DNA from: Acidimicrobiia bacterium
Lineage (GTDB): Bacteria > Actinomycetota > Acidimicrobiia > Spongiisociales > ZC4RG35
Assembly: GCA_026989215.1 (NCBI GenBank)
Contig: JALSJV010000205.1
Coordinates: forward strand, 1-58,831
DNA length: 58,831 nucleotides
Reading direction: 5' to 3'
Below, in pieces: positions 29,533 to 37,361 of this stretch. The position numbers and the translations under genes are program-made. The notes beneath the pieces were generated by a model. That model was given only the letters and a program-made list of their open reading frames with translations, was not told the DNA's origin and ran no database searches. How positions within the stretch are numbered: the stretch's first letter is position 1; every line of letters begins with the position of its first letter.

Positions 29533-29636
29533 CCACCCCCCTGGGTTCTTCGACACCGTGTCGACGAGCTTAGCCCCGTCGGTTCTCGGGACGCCTGACC
29601 CTGGTGATCGGCACGTTCTTCGCCTAGCTTGAGGCC

Positions 29637-30275
29637 GTGAGCGAACGTGACGTCGTCGTCGATGCGGACTCGGTCCGCCTGCCGGGACTCCTCGACGTGC
29701 CACCGAACCCCCGCGGTCTCGTCGTCTTCGCCCACGGCAGCGGGTCCAGCCGCCTCAGCCCCCGCAACCAGGCCGTGGCGCGGCGTCTCCAGCGGTCGGG
29801 GCTCGCCACCCTCCTCTTCGACCTCCTCACGCCGACCGAGGCCGAGGACCGAACCAACGTCTTCGACATCGGCCTCCTGGCCCGACGCCTCGTCGACGCC
29901 GTCGCCTGGTGCGAGTCCAGGCCGTCGACCGCCGAGCTCCCGGTGGGCCTGTTCGGGGCCTCCACCGGCGCGGCGGCGGCGCTCGTCGCGGCCGCCGACC
30001 TCGGCGAGCGGATCCGAGCCGTCGTCTCACGGGGAGGCCGACCCGACCTGGCCGGAGGTGCCCTCGCCCGGGTGAAGGCGCCGACCCTCCTCATCGTCGG
30101 GGGTCGCGACCATCCGGTGTTGGAGCTCAACCGGCAGGCGGCGGAGGTGCTGCGGTGCCCCGTCTCGGTCGCCGTCGTCACCGGTGCGGGGCATCTGTTC
30201 GAGGAGCCCGGCGCTCTCGAGGAGGTCGCCACCTTGGCCGACCGGTGGTTCCGACACCACCTCGTCGCGCCCTGA
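29637..30275 (+). CDS. dienelactone-hydrolase-like alpha/beta hydrolase
   Basis: ORF 29637..30275 (GTG start). Contains VVFAHGSGSSR and the nucleophile region GLFGASTGAAAAL, with a C-terminal GAGHLF. Confidence 0.8.
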   Translation: MSERDVVVDADSVRLPGLLDVPPNPRGLVVFAHGSGSSRLSPRNQAVARRLQRSGLATLLFDLLTPTEAEDRTNVFDIGLLARRLVDAVAWCESRPSTAELPVGLFGASTGAAAALVAAADLGERIRAVVSRGGRPDLAGGALARVKAPTLLIVGGRDHPVLELNRQAAEVLRCPVSVAVVTGAGHLFEEPGALEEVATLADRWFRHHLVAP

Positions 30276-30299
30276 GCCCCCGCAGCGAGCGGATCCCCC

Positions 30300-31241
30300 T
30301 CACCACAGCGTGAGTCCGCCTGCCTCCTCCGCGTCGAGCTCCAACACCCGTGTCGACAGGTACCGCTCGAGGCCGTCGGGCAGCACCGTCACGACCACCG
30401 ACCCGGCGGGGAGACGCTCCGCCACCCGCAGGGCGGCGTGGACCGCCGCCCCCGACGAGGGCCCGACCGGGAGACCCTCGGTCCGGACCAGGCGACGGAG
30501 CATGGCGAGGGCGTCCCCCAGACGGACGAGCAGGCGCCCGTCGAGGGCCGTCGGGTCGAAGATCGGTGGGACGTAGCCGTCCGCCAGGGTCCGGAGACCG
30601 GCGATGGTCTCCCCCACCGGTGGCTCCGCCGCCACCACCCGTACCTCCGGCCAGACGTCTCGCAGTGCCCGGCCGACACCCATCAGGGTCCCACCCGTTC
30701 CGAGACAGGCCACGAAGGCGTCCACCCGCTCCAGCTCCTCGACGATCTCGGGTCCGGTGGTGACCGCGTGGGCGTCGACGTTCGCAGGGTTCTCGTACTG
30801 GTGGAGCAGCACCCAGCCTTCGTCGGCGGCGAGCCGTTCCGCCAGGCGCACCGCCCCGTTCGAACCCTCCTCGGCGGGCGAGAAGACGACCTCGGCCCCG
30901 AACGCCGTGAGGAGCTGGATCCGCTCGGCGGTCACGTTCTCGGGGACGACGACCGTGAAGGGGTGGCCGGTCATCACCGCGAGCCGCGCCAGGGCGATCC
31001 CCGTGTTCCCGGAGGACGCCTCGACGAGCCGCGCCCCCGGCGGCAGGGCGCCATCGGCGACGGCCCGGGCGACCATGGCCGCCGCCACCCGGTCCTTCAC
31101 CGACCCCGTGGGCTGCTGCCATTCGCATTTGGCGTAGATGGCGACCCCCGAGGGCTCGATCTCGCGGAGCCGCACCAGCGGCGTGCGGATCACGCCCCAT
31201 GCCCGCAGCGACGCCGCCAGGTCGAGGGTGGAGGTGCTCAT
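30300..31241 (-). CDS. cysM: CysO-thiocarboxylate-dependent cysteine synthase (CysM type)
   Basis: ORF 30300..31241. PLP-lysine motif PTGSVKDR, then SSGNTG and GTGGT. ATGA overlap with the upstream cysO. Confidence 0.9.
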   Translation of the reverse strand: MSTSTLDLAASLRAWGVIRTPLVRLREIEPSGVAIYAKCEWQQPTGSVKDRVAAAMVARAVADGALPPGARLVEASSGNTGIALARLAVMTGHPFTVVVPENVTAERIQLLTAFGAEVVFSPAEEGSNGAVRLAERLAADEGWVLLHQYENPANVDAHAVTTGPEIVEELERVDAFVACLGTGGTLMGVGRALRDVWPEVRVVAAEPPVGETIAGLRTLADGYVPPIFDPTALDGRLLVRLGDALAMLRRLVRTEGLPVGPSSGAAVHAALRVAERLPAGSVVVTVLPDGLERYLSTRVLELDAEEAGGLTLW

Positions 31242-31510
31242 CCTCCTGCCACCGCCGGGAGGATCGTGATCTCGGCGTCGTCGTCGACCGGGGTGTCGAG
31301 TCCGTCGAGATAGCGGATGTCCTCGTCGTCGAGGAACACGTTCACGAAGACGGGGAGACCGCCGTCGCCTCCCAGTTGAGGCTCCAGAGACGGATACCGC
31401 TCGACGAGGGCGGTGAACACCTCACCGACCGTACGTCCCTCCACCTCGACGACGGCGGAGCCCCCGACGTGGGGACGCAGCACGGTCGGCAGTTTGATCC
31501 GGGCCATCAT
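31238..31510 (-). CDS. cysO: MoaD/ThiS-family sulfur-carrier protein
   Basis: 90 aa from ATG 31510 (MMARIKLPTVL...EITILPAVAGG). Ends in a C-terminal Gly-Gly. GAGGAG RBS. The operon position matches mec-cysO-cysM. Confidence 0.85.
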   Translation of the reverse strand: MMARIKLPTVLRPHVGGSAVVEVEGRTVGEVFTALVERYPSLEPQLGGDGGLPVFVNVFLDDEDIRYLDGLDTPVDDDAEITILPAVAGG

Positions 31511-31920
31511 CGCTCTCCTCTCAACGCGACTTCGGTGACCTCCCCGTCGACGATCCGAAACCCCCGAACGACGGGACGGTCGGGGTCGGCCAGGCCGACG
31601 ATCACGTAGATCCAGTCGGGTTCGGCCGCCAGCTCCACGTCGGTGGGCGACGGGAAGGGCTCGGTGTGGGGGTGGGAGTGGAACGCCCCGACCAGCTCCC
31701 ATCCCCGGGATTCGGCGTGCCGCAGGGCGCGGAAGTGCTCCGTCGGGTCGATCGTGTAGTTGGTGGCGGAGCGGAGGATGTTCGTCGTCGGGTAGCAGAA
31801 GACGAGACGCCCCTCCGCATCTCCGGCCAGGAGCCCACAGGCCTCCTCGGGACGAGCGGCGCGGGCATGGGCGACCATCGCCTCCCGGATCGCCGCCGGC
31901 ACCACCACCACCTCACCCAT
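31507..31920 (-). CDS. mec: JAMM/MPN+ metalloprotease (Mec type)
   Basis: 137 aa from ATG 31920. Catalytic glutamate in EACGLL and the JAMM motif HSHPHTEPFPSPTD. Confidence 0.85.
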   Translation of the reverse strand: MGEVVVVPAAIREAMVAHARAARPEEACGLLAGDAEGRLVFCYPTTNILRSATNYTIDPTEHFRALRHAESRGWELVGAFHSHPHTEPFPSPTDVELAAEPDWIYVIVGLADPDRPVVRGFRIVDGEVTEVALRGER

Positions 31921-32290
31921 GGCCGCCCCCTCCGTCGACGGCACCCTCGCACAACGCCACCAGCACCTCGGCGTCGGCGAGCACGGCCCGCCCCGACCTG
32001 CGGGCAAGCACGGTTCCGTCGTCGGCGACGACGAGGGCGGTGGGAACCGACCCGATCCCGAGATCCGGCACGTCTTCGACGTCGAGCACCGTCACCCCAT
32101 CGGTCCCCGCCCGGAGACGTCGGATCGCCGCCCCGCAGAGCCCACAGGCCCGACCGACGATCAGGACCAGTCCCGGTCCGAACCCCACCGGCCCCATCCT
32201 CGGCCGCCGTCGCTCCCAGCCCCCGAGCGCCACGAGGGCGAGGCCGACGACCGCCGCCACCACCAGGGCACGAACGAGCACCTCGGTCAT
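31913..32290 (-). CDS. membrane-anchored thioredoxin/glutaredoxin-like protein (CGLC motif)
   Basis: 125 aa from ATG 32290 (MTEVLVRALVVAAVVGLALVAL...GRACGLCGAA). It overlaps mec by 8 nt and overlaps the upstream gene by ATGA. Confidence 0.6.
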   Translation of the reverse strand: MTEVLVRALVVAAVVGLALVALGGWERRRPRMGPVGFGPGLVLIVGRACGLCGAAIRRLRAGTDGVTVLDVEDVPDLGIGSVPTALVVADDGTVLARRSGRAVLADAEVLVALCEGAVDGGGGHG

Positions 32291-32700
32291 CGGGAGATCA
32301 CCTTGGTGTAGATGAGGCAGCCCACACAGATCCTGGTCGCCGCCGCCAGGGCGGCCAGCACGACGACGATCAACGACAACGCCCATCCCACGACGTCGGC
32401 ACCGACCAGGAACGCCACGGTCGCCAGCCCAAGCACCGTCGCTCCCACCGCCTGGGCGAATCGTGGCGGTTCGGCGGGTTCGAGCTCCGACGGCCCGTCC
32501 GGCCGCAGCCGGGGTCGGATCACCCGGACATAGAGGAGGGTGAGGGGCGCCCGCGGTCCGAGAAGCCGGGATGCCGCGAGCAGCAGGGCGGTCGCCGCCA
32601 CCAGCCACGGAAGCTGGAAGACGAAGGCGACGGCGACCGTGGCGGCCACCACCGCCTGGTTGAAACGGGGAATGTCCACGTCGATCATCGCAGTACTCAT
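32287..32700 (-). CDS. DUF4395-family membrane protein
   Basis: 137 aa from ATG 32700 with GGAGG upstream. The N-terminal IPRFNQA motif, several TM helices and the C-terminal ICVGCLIY are typical of DUF4395. Confidence 0.7.
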   Translation of the reverse strand: MSTAMIDVDIPRFNQAVVAATVAVAFVFQLPWLVAATALLLAASRLLGPRAPLTLLYVRVIRPRLRPDGPSELEPAEPPRFAQAVGATVLGLATVAFLVGADVVGWALSLIVVVLAALAAATRICVGCLIYTKVISR

Positions 32701-32755
32701 CGGGAAGACCTCCTTCGAGGAGACGGGGGGAGGACGGAGAGGGGGACCGGGGCGG

Positions 32756-33934
32756 TCAGGCGGTCCGGGCGACCGACCCGGCCGGCATACAGAGCTGGTC
32801 GTACTCGACGATCGCCGGGGGATGGTCCTCGTCGGCGCAGGCCGGACAATCGGGGTTCCTCCGCACCCTGAGGAGACGGAAGTCCTCCGTGAGGGCGTCG
32901 TAGGTGAGGAGCTTCCCGACGAGGGGCTCCCCGATCCCCAGCAGCATCTTGATGGCCTCCATCGCCTCGATGGAGCCGATGATCCCCGGGAGGACGCCCA
33001 ACACCCCGGCCTCCGCGCAGGAGGGAGCCAGCTCGGGAGGGGGCGGCTGAGGGAACAGGCAGCGGTAGCAGGGCCCGTCGTACGGCTTGAAGACGCTGGC
33101 CTGGCCTTCGAAACGGAAGATGGCGCCGTGCACCACCGGGATTCGCAGGTGGAGGGAGGCGTCGTTGACCAGGTACCGGGTCGGGAAGTTGTCCCCGCCG
33201 TCCACCACCAGGTCGTAGCCGGAGAGAATGTCGAGCACGTTGTCGGCACCGAGGCGGGTCTGGTGGGCCTCGACCACGACATCGGGATTGAGGGCGGTCA
33301 GGGTCTCCCGAGCCGACTCCACCTTCGGATGCCCGACGCGCCGGGTGTCGTGGAGGATCTGGCGCTGCAGGTTGGACTCGTCGACGACGTCGAAATCGAC
33401 GATCCCCAAGGTGCCCACCCCGGCGGCCGCCAGGTAGAGGGCAGCGGGCGAGCCGAGTCCACCGGCACCGATGAGCAGCACCTTCGACTCCAGCAGGCGG
33501 GCCTGACCTTCCTCCCCGACCTCGGGAAGCAGAAGGTGGCGGGAGTACCGGATCTTCTGGTCGCGGGTGAGGGTGCGGGGGACGTCCCACGGGTGGCCTT
33601 CCGCCTTCCACCGGCCGAACCCTCCGGCGAGGGAGTGGACTCGTCGATACCCCATCTCCTGGAGTGTCCGGGCCGCCAGCGCCGAACGCGCTCCCCCGGC
33701 GCAGTAGAGGACCACTTCGGCGTCCGGGTCGGGGACGGCGTTGAGGATCGACGACTCCAGGAGACCGCGGGGGATCAGCTTCGCCCCCGGGATCGCCCCC
33801 TGCTCGAACTCGTCGGGTTCGCGGATGTCGATGAGCGCGATGTCGGATCCGAGCCGCGCCTCGAGGTCGATCGGCTCGATCTCCGAGATGACCTTCTTGG
33901 CCTTGGCGACCAGTTCCTGATAGCTCAGGGGCAT
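32756..33934 (-). CDS. moeZ: ThiF/MoeB-type adenylyltransferase fused to an N-terminal rhodanese domain (MoeZ-like sulfur-carrier activator)
   Basis: ATG 33934 within ORF 32756..33973. Rhodanese loop LYCAGGARS at the N-terminus, then the ThiF nucleotide loop LLIGAGGLGSP and the CYRC...CPAC zinc cysteines. Confidence 0.9.
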   Translation of the reverse strand: MPLSYQELVAKAKKVISEIEPIDLEARLGSDIALIDIREPDEFEQGAIPGAKLIPRGLLESSILNAVPDPDAEVVLYCAGGARSALAARTLQEMGYRRVHSLAGGFGRWKAEGHPWDVPRTLTRDQKIRYSRHLLLPEVGEEGQARLLESKVLLIGAGGLGSPAALYLAAAGVGTLGIVDFDVVDESNLQRQILHDTRRVGHPKVESARETLTALNPDVVVEAHQTRLGADNVLDILSGYDLVVDGGDNFPTRYLVNDASLHLRIPVVHGAIFRFEGQASVFKPYDGPCYRCLFPQPPPPELAPSCAEAGVLGVLPGIIGSIEAMEAIKMLLGIGEPLVGKLLTYDALTEDFRLLRVRRNPDCPACADEDHPPAIVEYDQLCMPAGSVARTA

Positions 33935-33967
33935 CGTCTCACCTTCGGCCCCGACGGGGTGTGCAGA

Positions 33968-33982
33968 GTACAACGATTGTAC
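33968..33982. promoter_or_regulatory. AT-rich 6-3-6 palindrome in divergent promoter region
   Basis: GTACAA-CGA-TTGTAC, a perfect inverted repeat 34-48 nt upstream of the moeZ-like ATG, between that gene and the cysteine synthase-like gene. Confidence 0.3.
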
Positions 33983-34083
33983 CCGCGCCCCGATTCCCCA
34001 CTTCTCGGCTCCTCACGGTCGTCCGACTCCCGCGCCGGGGACCCGCGAACCGTCCCCCCGCCCCCCATTAGGCTCCAAGGTCG

Positions 34084-35070
34084 ATGAAGATCTGTGACAG
34101 CGTCCTCGGAGCGATCGGCGACACCCCTCTCGTCCGGCTGAGTCGGATCCATCCGCCGGGCAACCTCGTCGCCAAACTCGAATTCACGAACCCGGCAGGC
34201 TCGGTGAAGGAGCGGATGGCGGTGGCGATGATCGACGACGCCGAACGCAGGGGTCTGCTCCAGCCGGGGGGCACCATCGTCGAACCGACCTCCGGCAACA
34301 CCGGCGCCGGCCTGGCGATGGTCGGGGCGGTCCGGGGCTACCGGGTCATCTGCACCGTCCCCGACAAGGTCTCGGCGGAGAAGATCAAGCTCCTCCAGGC
34401 CTACGGGGCCGAGGTGATCGTCACCCCGACCGAGCTCCTCCCCGAAGACGACGACTCCTACTACGGCGTGGCCCGCCGGATCGTCGCCGAGACGCCGGGC
34501 GCCTACCAACCGAACCAGTACTGGAACCAGGCGAACCCGGACGCCCACTACCGAACCACCGGCCCCGAGATCTGGGAGCAGACCGAGGGCCGGGTGGGAG
34601 CCTTCGTCGCCGGGGTGGGAACCGGCGGGACGATCACCGGAGTCGCCCGGTACCTCCGGGAACGCAACCCCGACGTGGTGATCGTCGGCGCCGATCCCGA
34701 AGGGTCGATCTACAGCGCCGGGCCCGACGACGAGATCCATCAGTACCACGTCGAAGGGGTCGGCGAGGACTTCTACCCGGAGACGATGGACCTCGACGTG
34801 GTCGACCGTTGGATCAAGGTGACCGACGCCGAAGCCTTCGCCATGACCCGTCGCCTGGCCCGCCGAGAAGGCGTGCTCACCGGCGGCTCGGGCGGGCTGG
34901 CCGTCCACGCGGCCCTCCAGGTCGCCGCAGAGGATCCCGAGCGGCTCACCGTCGTGCTCGTCCCCGACACGGGCCGCGGGTACCTCTCGAAGGTGTTCGA
35001 CGACGACTGGATGCGTGCACACGGCTTCGCCGACGTGCTCGCAGCCGAGGAGCGGGACGCCGGCGGCTGA
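34084..35070 (+). CDS. cysteine synthase / cystathionine beta-synthase-family PLP enzyme (no CBS domains)
   Basis: ORF 34084..35070. PLP-lysine motif PAGSVKER, then TSGNTG and GTGGTITG. Confidence 0.9.
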   Translation: MKICDSVLGAIGDTPLVRLSRIHPPGNLVAKLEFTNPAGSVKERMAVAMIDDAERRGLLQPGGTIVEPTSGNTGAGLAMVGAVRGYRVICTVPDKVSAEKIKLLQAYGAEVIVTPTELLPEDDDSYYGVARRIVAETPGAYQPNQYWNQANPDAHYRTTGPEIWEQTEGRVGAFVAGVGTGGTITGVARYLRERNPDVVIVGADPEGSIYSAGPDDEIHQYHVEGVGEDFYPETMDLDVVDRWIKVTDAEAFAMTRRLARREGVLTGGSGGLAVHAALQVAAEDPERLTVVLVPDTGRGYLSKVFDDDWMRAHGFADVLAAEERDAGG

Positions 35071-35096
35071 AGCCCGGTACCGAGGTGACGACGCGT

Positions 35097-35125
35097 TCGG
35101 GCCCCGCCGTGATGGCGGGGCCCGA
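35097..35125 (+). terminator. GC-rich hairpin after the cysteine synthase-like gene
   Basis: TCGGGCCCCGCC-GTGAT-GGCGGGGCCCGA: a perfect 12-bp stem, 27 nt after the stop. Confidence 0.6.
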
Positions 35126-35435
35126 GACGACATCGGCACCTGGACGACGTGGTGACGGTCATTCACGTCGAATGTCCGCTCCGGGGGGACCAGCTCCGGA
35201 GATCGACCAGGCGGGTGGTCCGAGTTGGAGTCGCCACCTCTTCCCGAAGGAGAGCGGCGCCTCGGTGGCTGCGCCGCTCAGCGCTCGGCCACCTCCAGGG
35301 TCCCGAAACGACTATGACTCAATCCGGACCACCTCCTTTCTCTGGTGACGGGGATTCTGGCACCTCTCGGTGCCAAAGTGAAGGGAAATCGTCCCCCGGA
35401 TTCGGCACACCCCGCGAGGGCTAGGGTGCCAGGCC

Positions 35436-36161
35436 GTGCCCTCCCTGCTCGACATGGCCCTCGCCTGGATCGTCACCTTCGGCGCCGCCGCCCTCCAGGG
35501 CTCGATCGGGTTCGGCTTCGCGGTGCTGTCGGTGCCACTCCTGACCCTGGTCGATCCCACGCTGACACCGATCCCCCAGATCTTCCTCGCCCTCCCCATG
35601 GCGGTCGCCGCCCTGTGGCGGGAGCGGGGCCGACTCGACGTGACGGGGATCGGCTGGATCGTCGTCGGGCGGATACCCGGTGCGCTCCTGGGGGCGTGGA
35701 TCCTCGTCCGCATCGACGAACGTCTCCTGTCGGCGATCATCGCCGCCGTGGTGCTGGGCGCGGTCGTCGCCATCGCCCGGGGGTACACGATCCGCCTCGA
35801 CCGCCGCAACCGGGTCATCGCCGGACTCGTCTCCGGATTCACCGGGACGACCGCCGCCATCGGGGGACCTCCCCTCGCCCTCCTCTACCGAGACGCCGAG
35901 GGGGGTGTGATCCGTTCCAGCCTCGGCGCCATCTTCACCATCGGGATCGCCATCAACCTCACCCTCCTCGGCGTCACCGGAGCCATCACCGTCCACGACG
36001 TCGTCGTCGCGCTGGCCCTGGCCCCGCCGATGGCGGCCGGATTCGCGGTGAGCGGACGGCTGCTCCACCGGGTCGAGGGACACGCCGTGCGGGTCGGCAT
36101 CCTCGCCGTGTCGAGCCTCGCCGCGGTCGCCCTCCTCGCCAAGGTGATCGTCGGCGCCTAG
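35436..36161 (+). CDS. TauE/SafE-family anion (sulfite/sulfonate) exporter
   Basis: ORF 35436..36161 (GTG start; ATG 35454 is also possible). About 8 TM helices and the family N-terminus GAAALQGSIGFGFAVLSVPLL. Confidence 0.85.
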   Translation: MPSLLDMALAWIVTFGAAALQGSIGFGFAVLSVPLLTLVDPTLTPIPQIFLALPMAVAALWRERGRLDVTGIGWIVVGRIPGALLGAWILVRIDERLLSAIIAAVVLGAVVAIARGYTIRLDRRNRVIAGLVSGFTGTTAAIGGPPLALLYRDAEGGVIRSSLGAIFTIGIAINLTLLGVTGAITVHDVVVALALAPPMAAGFAVSGRLLHRVEGHAVRVGILAVSSLAAVALLAKVIVGA

Positions 36162-36790
36162 GCCTCGGAGTCGAGCACCGTCTCCCCCGACGGCGCCGGG
36201 TCCCCGTCGGCGGGCTCCAACGTCACCCAGATCCGGGGGTAGTCGGCTCGCCGCACCCCCGCCCACAACGTCACCTCGCCAGGCCCCCGGAAGGTACCCG
36301 CCGAGACGTGGCGCCCATCCGGCGACGTCAACCACAGCTCGTAGTAGGCGTCCGGCCCGACCCGGCGCAGGCCTTCGACCTCCAGTTCCATACGCGTCCC
36401 CGCATCGGTGTTCCACCCCGCGACCTGGGCGACCGCCACCGACCCCGACGCGGTGGCACGGAGCTCCACCTCCCAGTCGGGGGCCCCCGGCCGCACGACA
36501 CCGACGAAGACGACCGCCGCCGCCACCGTACCCACGGCCGCGACCCAGGCCGGGATCCAGCGTCGGCCCCGGACGGGACGCCGGTCGCCGGCCGCGCCGA
36601 CCACCGTCGCCACCACCCGGTCGCCGAGCTCCGGACTCGGCTCCTCCCACAGGGCCGGGTCGGCGAGGCGCTGCCGGAGCGCCTCGAGGTCGGGGACGGC
36701 CGAACGACAGGCGGCGCACGATGCCAGATGTCCCTCGGCGGCGACGGGCTCACCGGCCAAGAGCCGAGCTTGGAGCTCTTCGCAGTTCAT
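36158..36790 (-). CDS. anti-sigma factor (zf-HC2 N-terminus, TM helix, RskA-like C-domain)
   Basis: ORF 36158..36790. HLASCAAC (Hx3Cx2C) motif and a central TM helix. ATGA overlap with the ECF sigma gene. Confidence 0.8.
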   Translation of the reverse strand: MNCEELQARLLAGEPVAAEGHLASCAACRSAVPDLEALRQRLADPALWEEPSPELGDRVVATVVGAAGDRRPVRGRRWIPAWVAAVGTVAAAVVFVGVVRPGAPDWEVELRATASGSVAVAQVAGWNTDAGTRMELEVEGLRRVGPDAYYELWLTSPDGRHVSAGTFRGPGEVTLWAGVRRADYPRIWVTLEPADGDPAPSGETVLDSEA

Positions 36791-37320
36791 GCCGATGCCT
36801 CCCGAAGGTGTCCCAGCAGCGCCGCCAGCCGCCGATGGGCGCGATGCGAACGCGACTTCACCGTCCCCACCGGAACCCCGAGCCGCTCCGCCGCCTGCTC
36901 ATGGGTCATACCCAGATAGTGGGTCGCCTCGATCACGTCCCGCTCCTCATCGCTGAGCCGATCGAGCGCCGATCGGACCTCCCAAGCCTCCCACATCCCC
37001 TCGAACGACGGAGGCAGCGCCACGATCTCGACGTCGTCGACCCGATCCTGTCGGTGGCGACGCTCCCGGCGGTAGGTGTCGACGGCCACCCGCCGAGCGA
37101 TCGCGTACAACCAGGGCGCCGGATCCTTGTCCACGTCGAAGGTGTGCGCCGCCCTCCATGCCTGCAGGAACGTCTGCTGCACCACCTCCTCGGCGAGGGA
37201 GCGATCGCCCAACGCCCGCAGCGCCACGGTGAACACGGCCCTCCCGTGACGCTCGTACAGCTCGCGGACCGCCTGCGGGTCGCCCGCTCGGAACCGCCTC
37301 ATCAGCCTCGCATCGGCCAT
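36787..37320 (-). CDS. ECF-type RNA polymerase sigma factor
   Basis: ORF 36787..37320. Region 2 (EEVVQQTFLQAW) and region 4 (THEQAAERLGVPVGTVKSRSHRA). Confidence 0.9.
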   Translation of the reverse strand: MADARLMRRFRAGDPQAVRELYERHGRAVFTVALRALGDRSLAEEVVQQTFLQAWRAAHTFDVDKDPAPWLYAIARRVAVDTYRRERRHRQDRVDDVEIVALPPSFEGMWEAWEVRSALDRLSDEERDVIEATHYLGMTHEQAAERLGVPVGTVKSRSHRAHRRLAALLGHLREASA

Positions 37321-37361
37321 CCCCGGAGACTACGTGGAGACGTCCCGATTCGGTTCGCGCC

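Noticed and set aside
35212-35334. tRNA-like or SRP-RNA-like sequence on the minus strand (GGAGGTGGCCGAGCGC..., resembling the 5' end of tRNA-Ser/Leu), and CCAGGGTCCCGAAACG on the plus strand resembling SRP domain IV
   Set aside because: It has no T-loop (GTTCRANYC), no anticodon arm and no 3' acceptor complement. The SRP-like stretch lacks the GNAR-capped helix and the conserved AGCA. I kept the region only as an unclassified structured RNA candidate.
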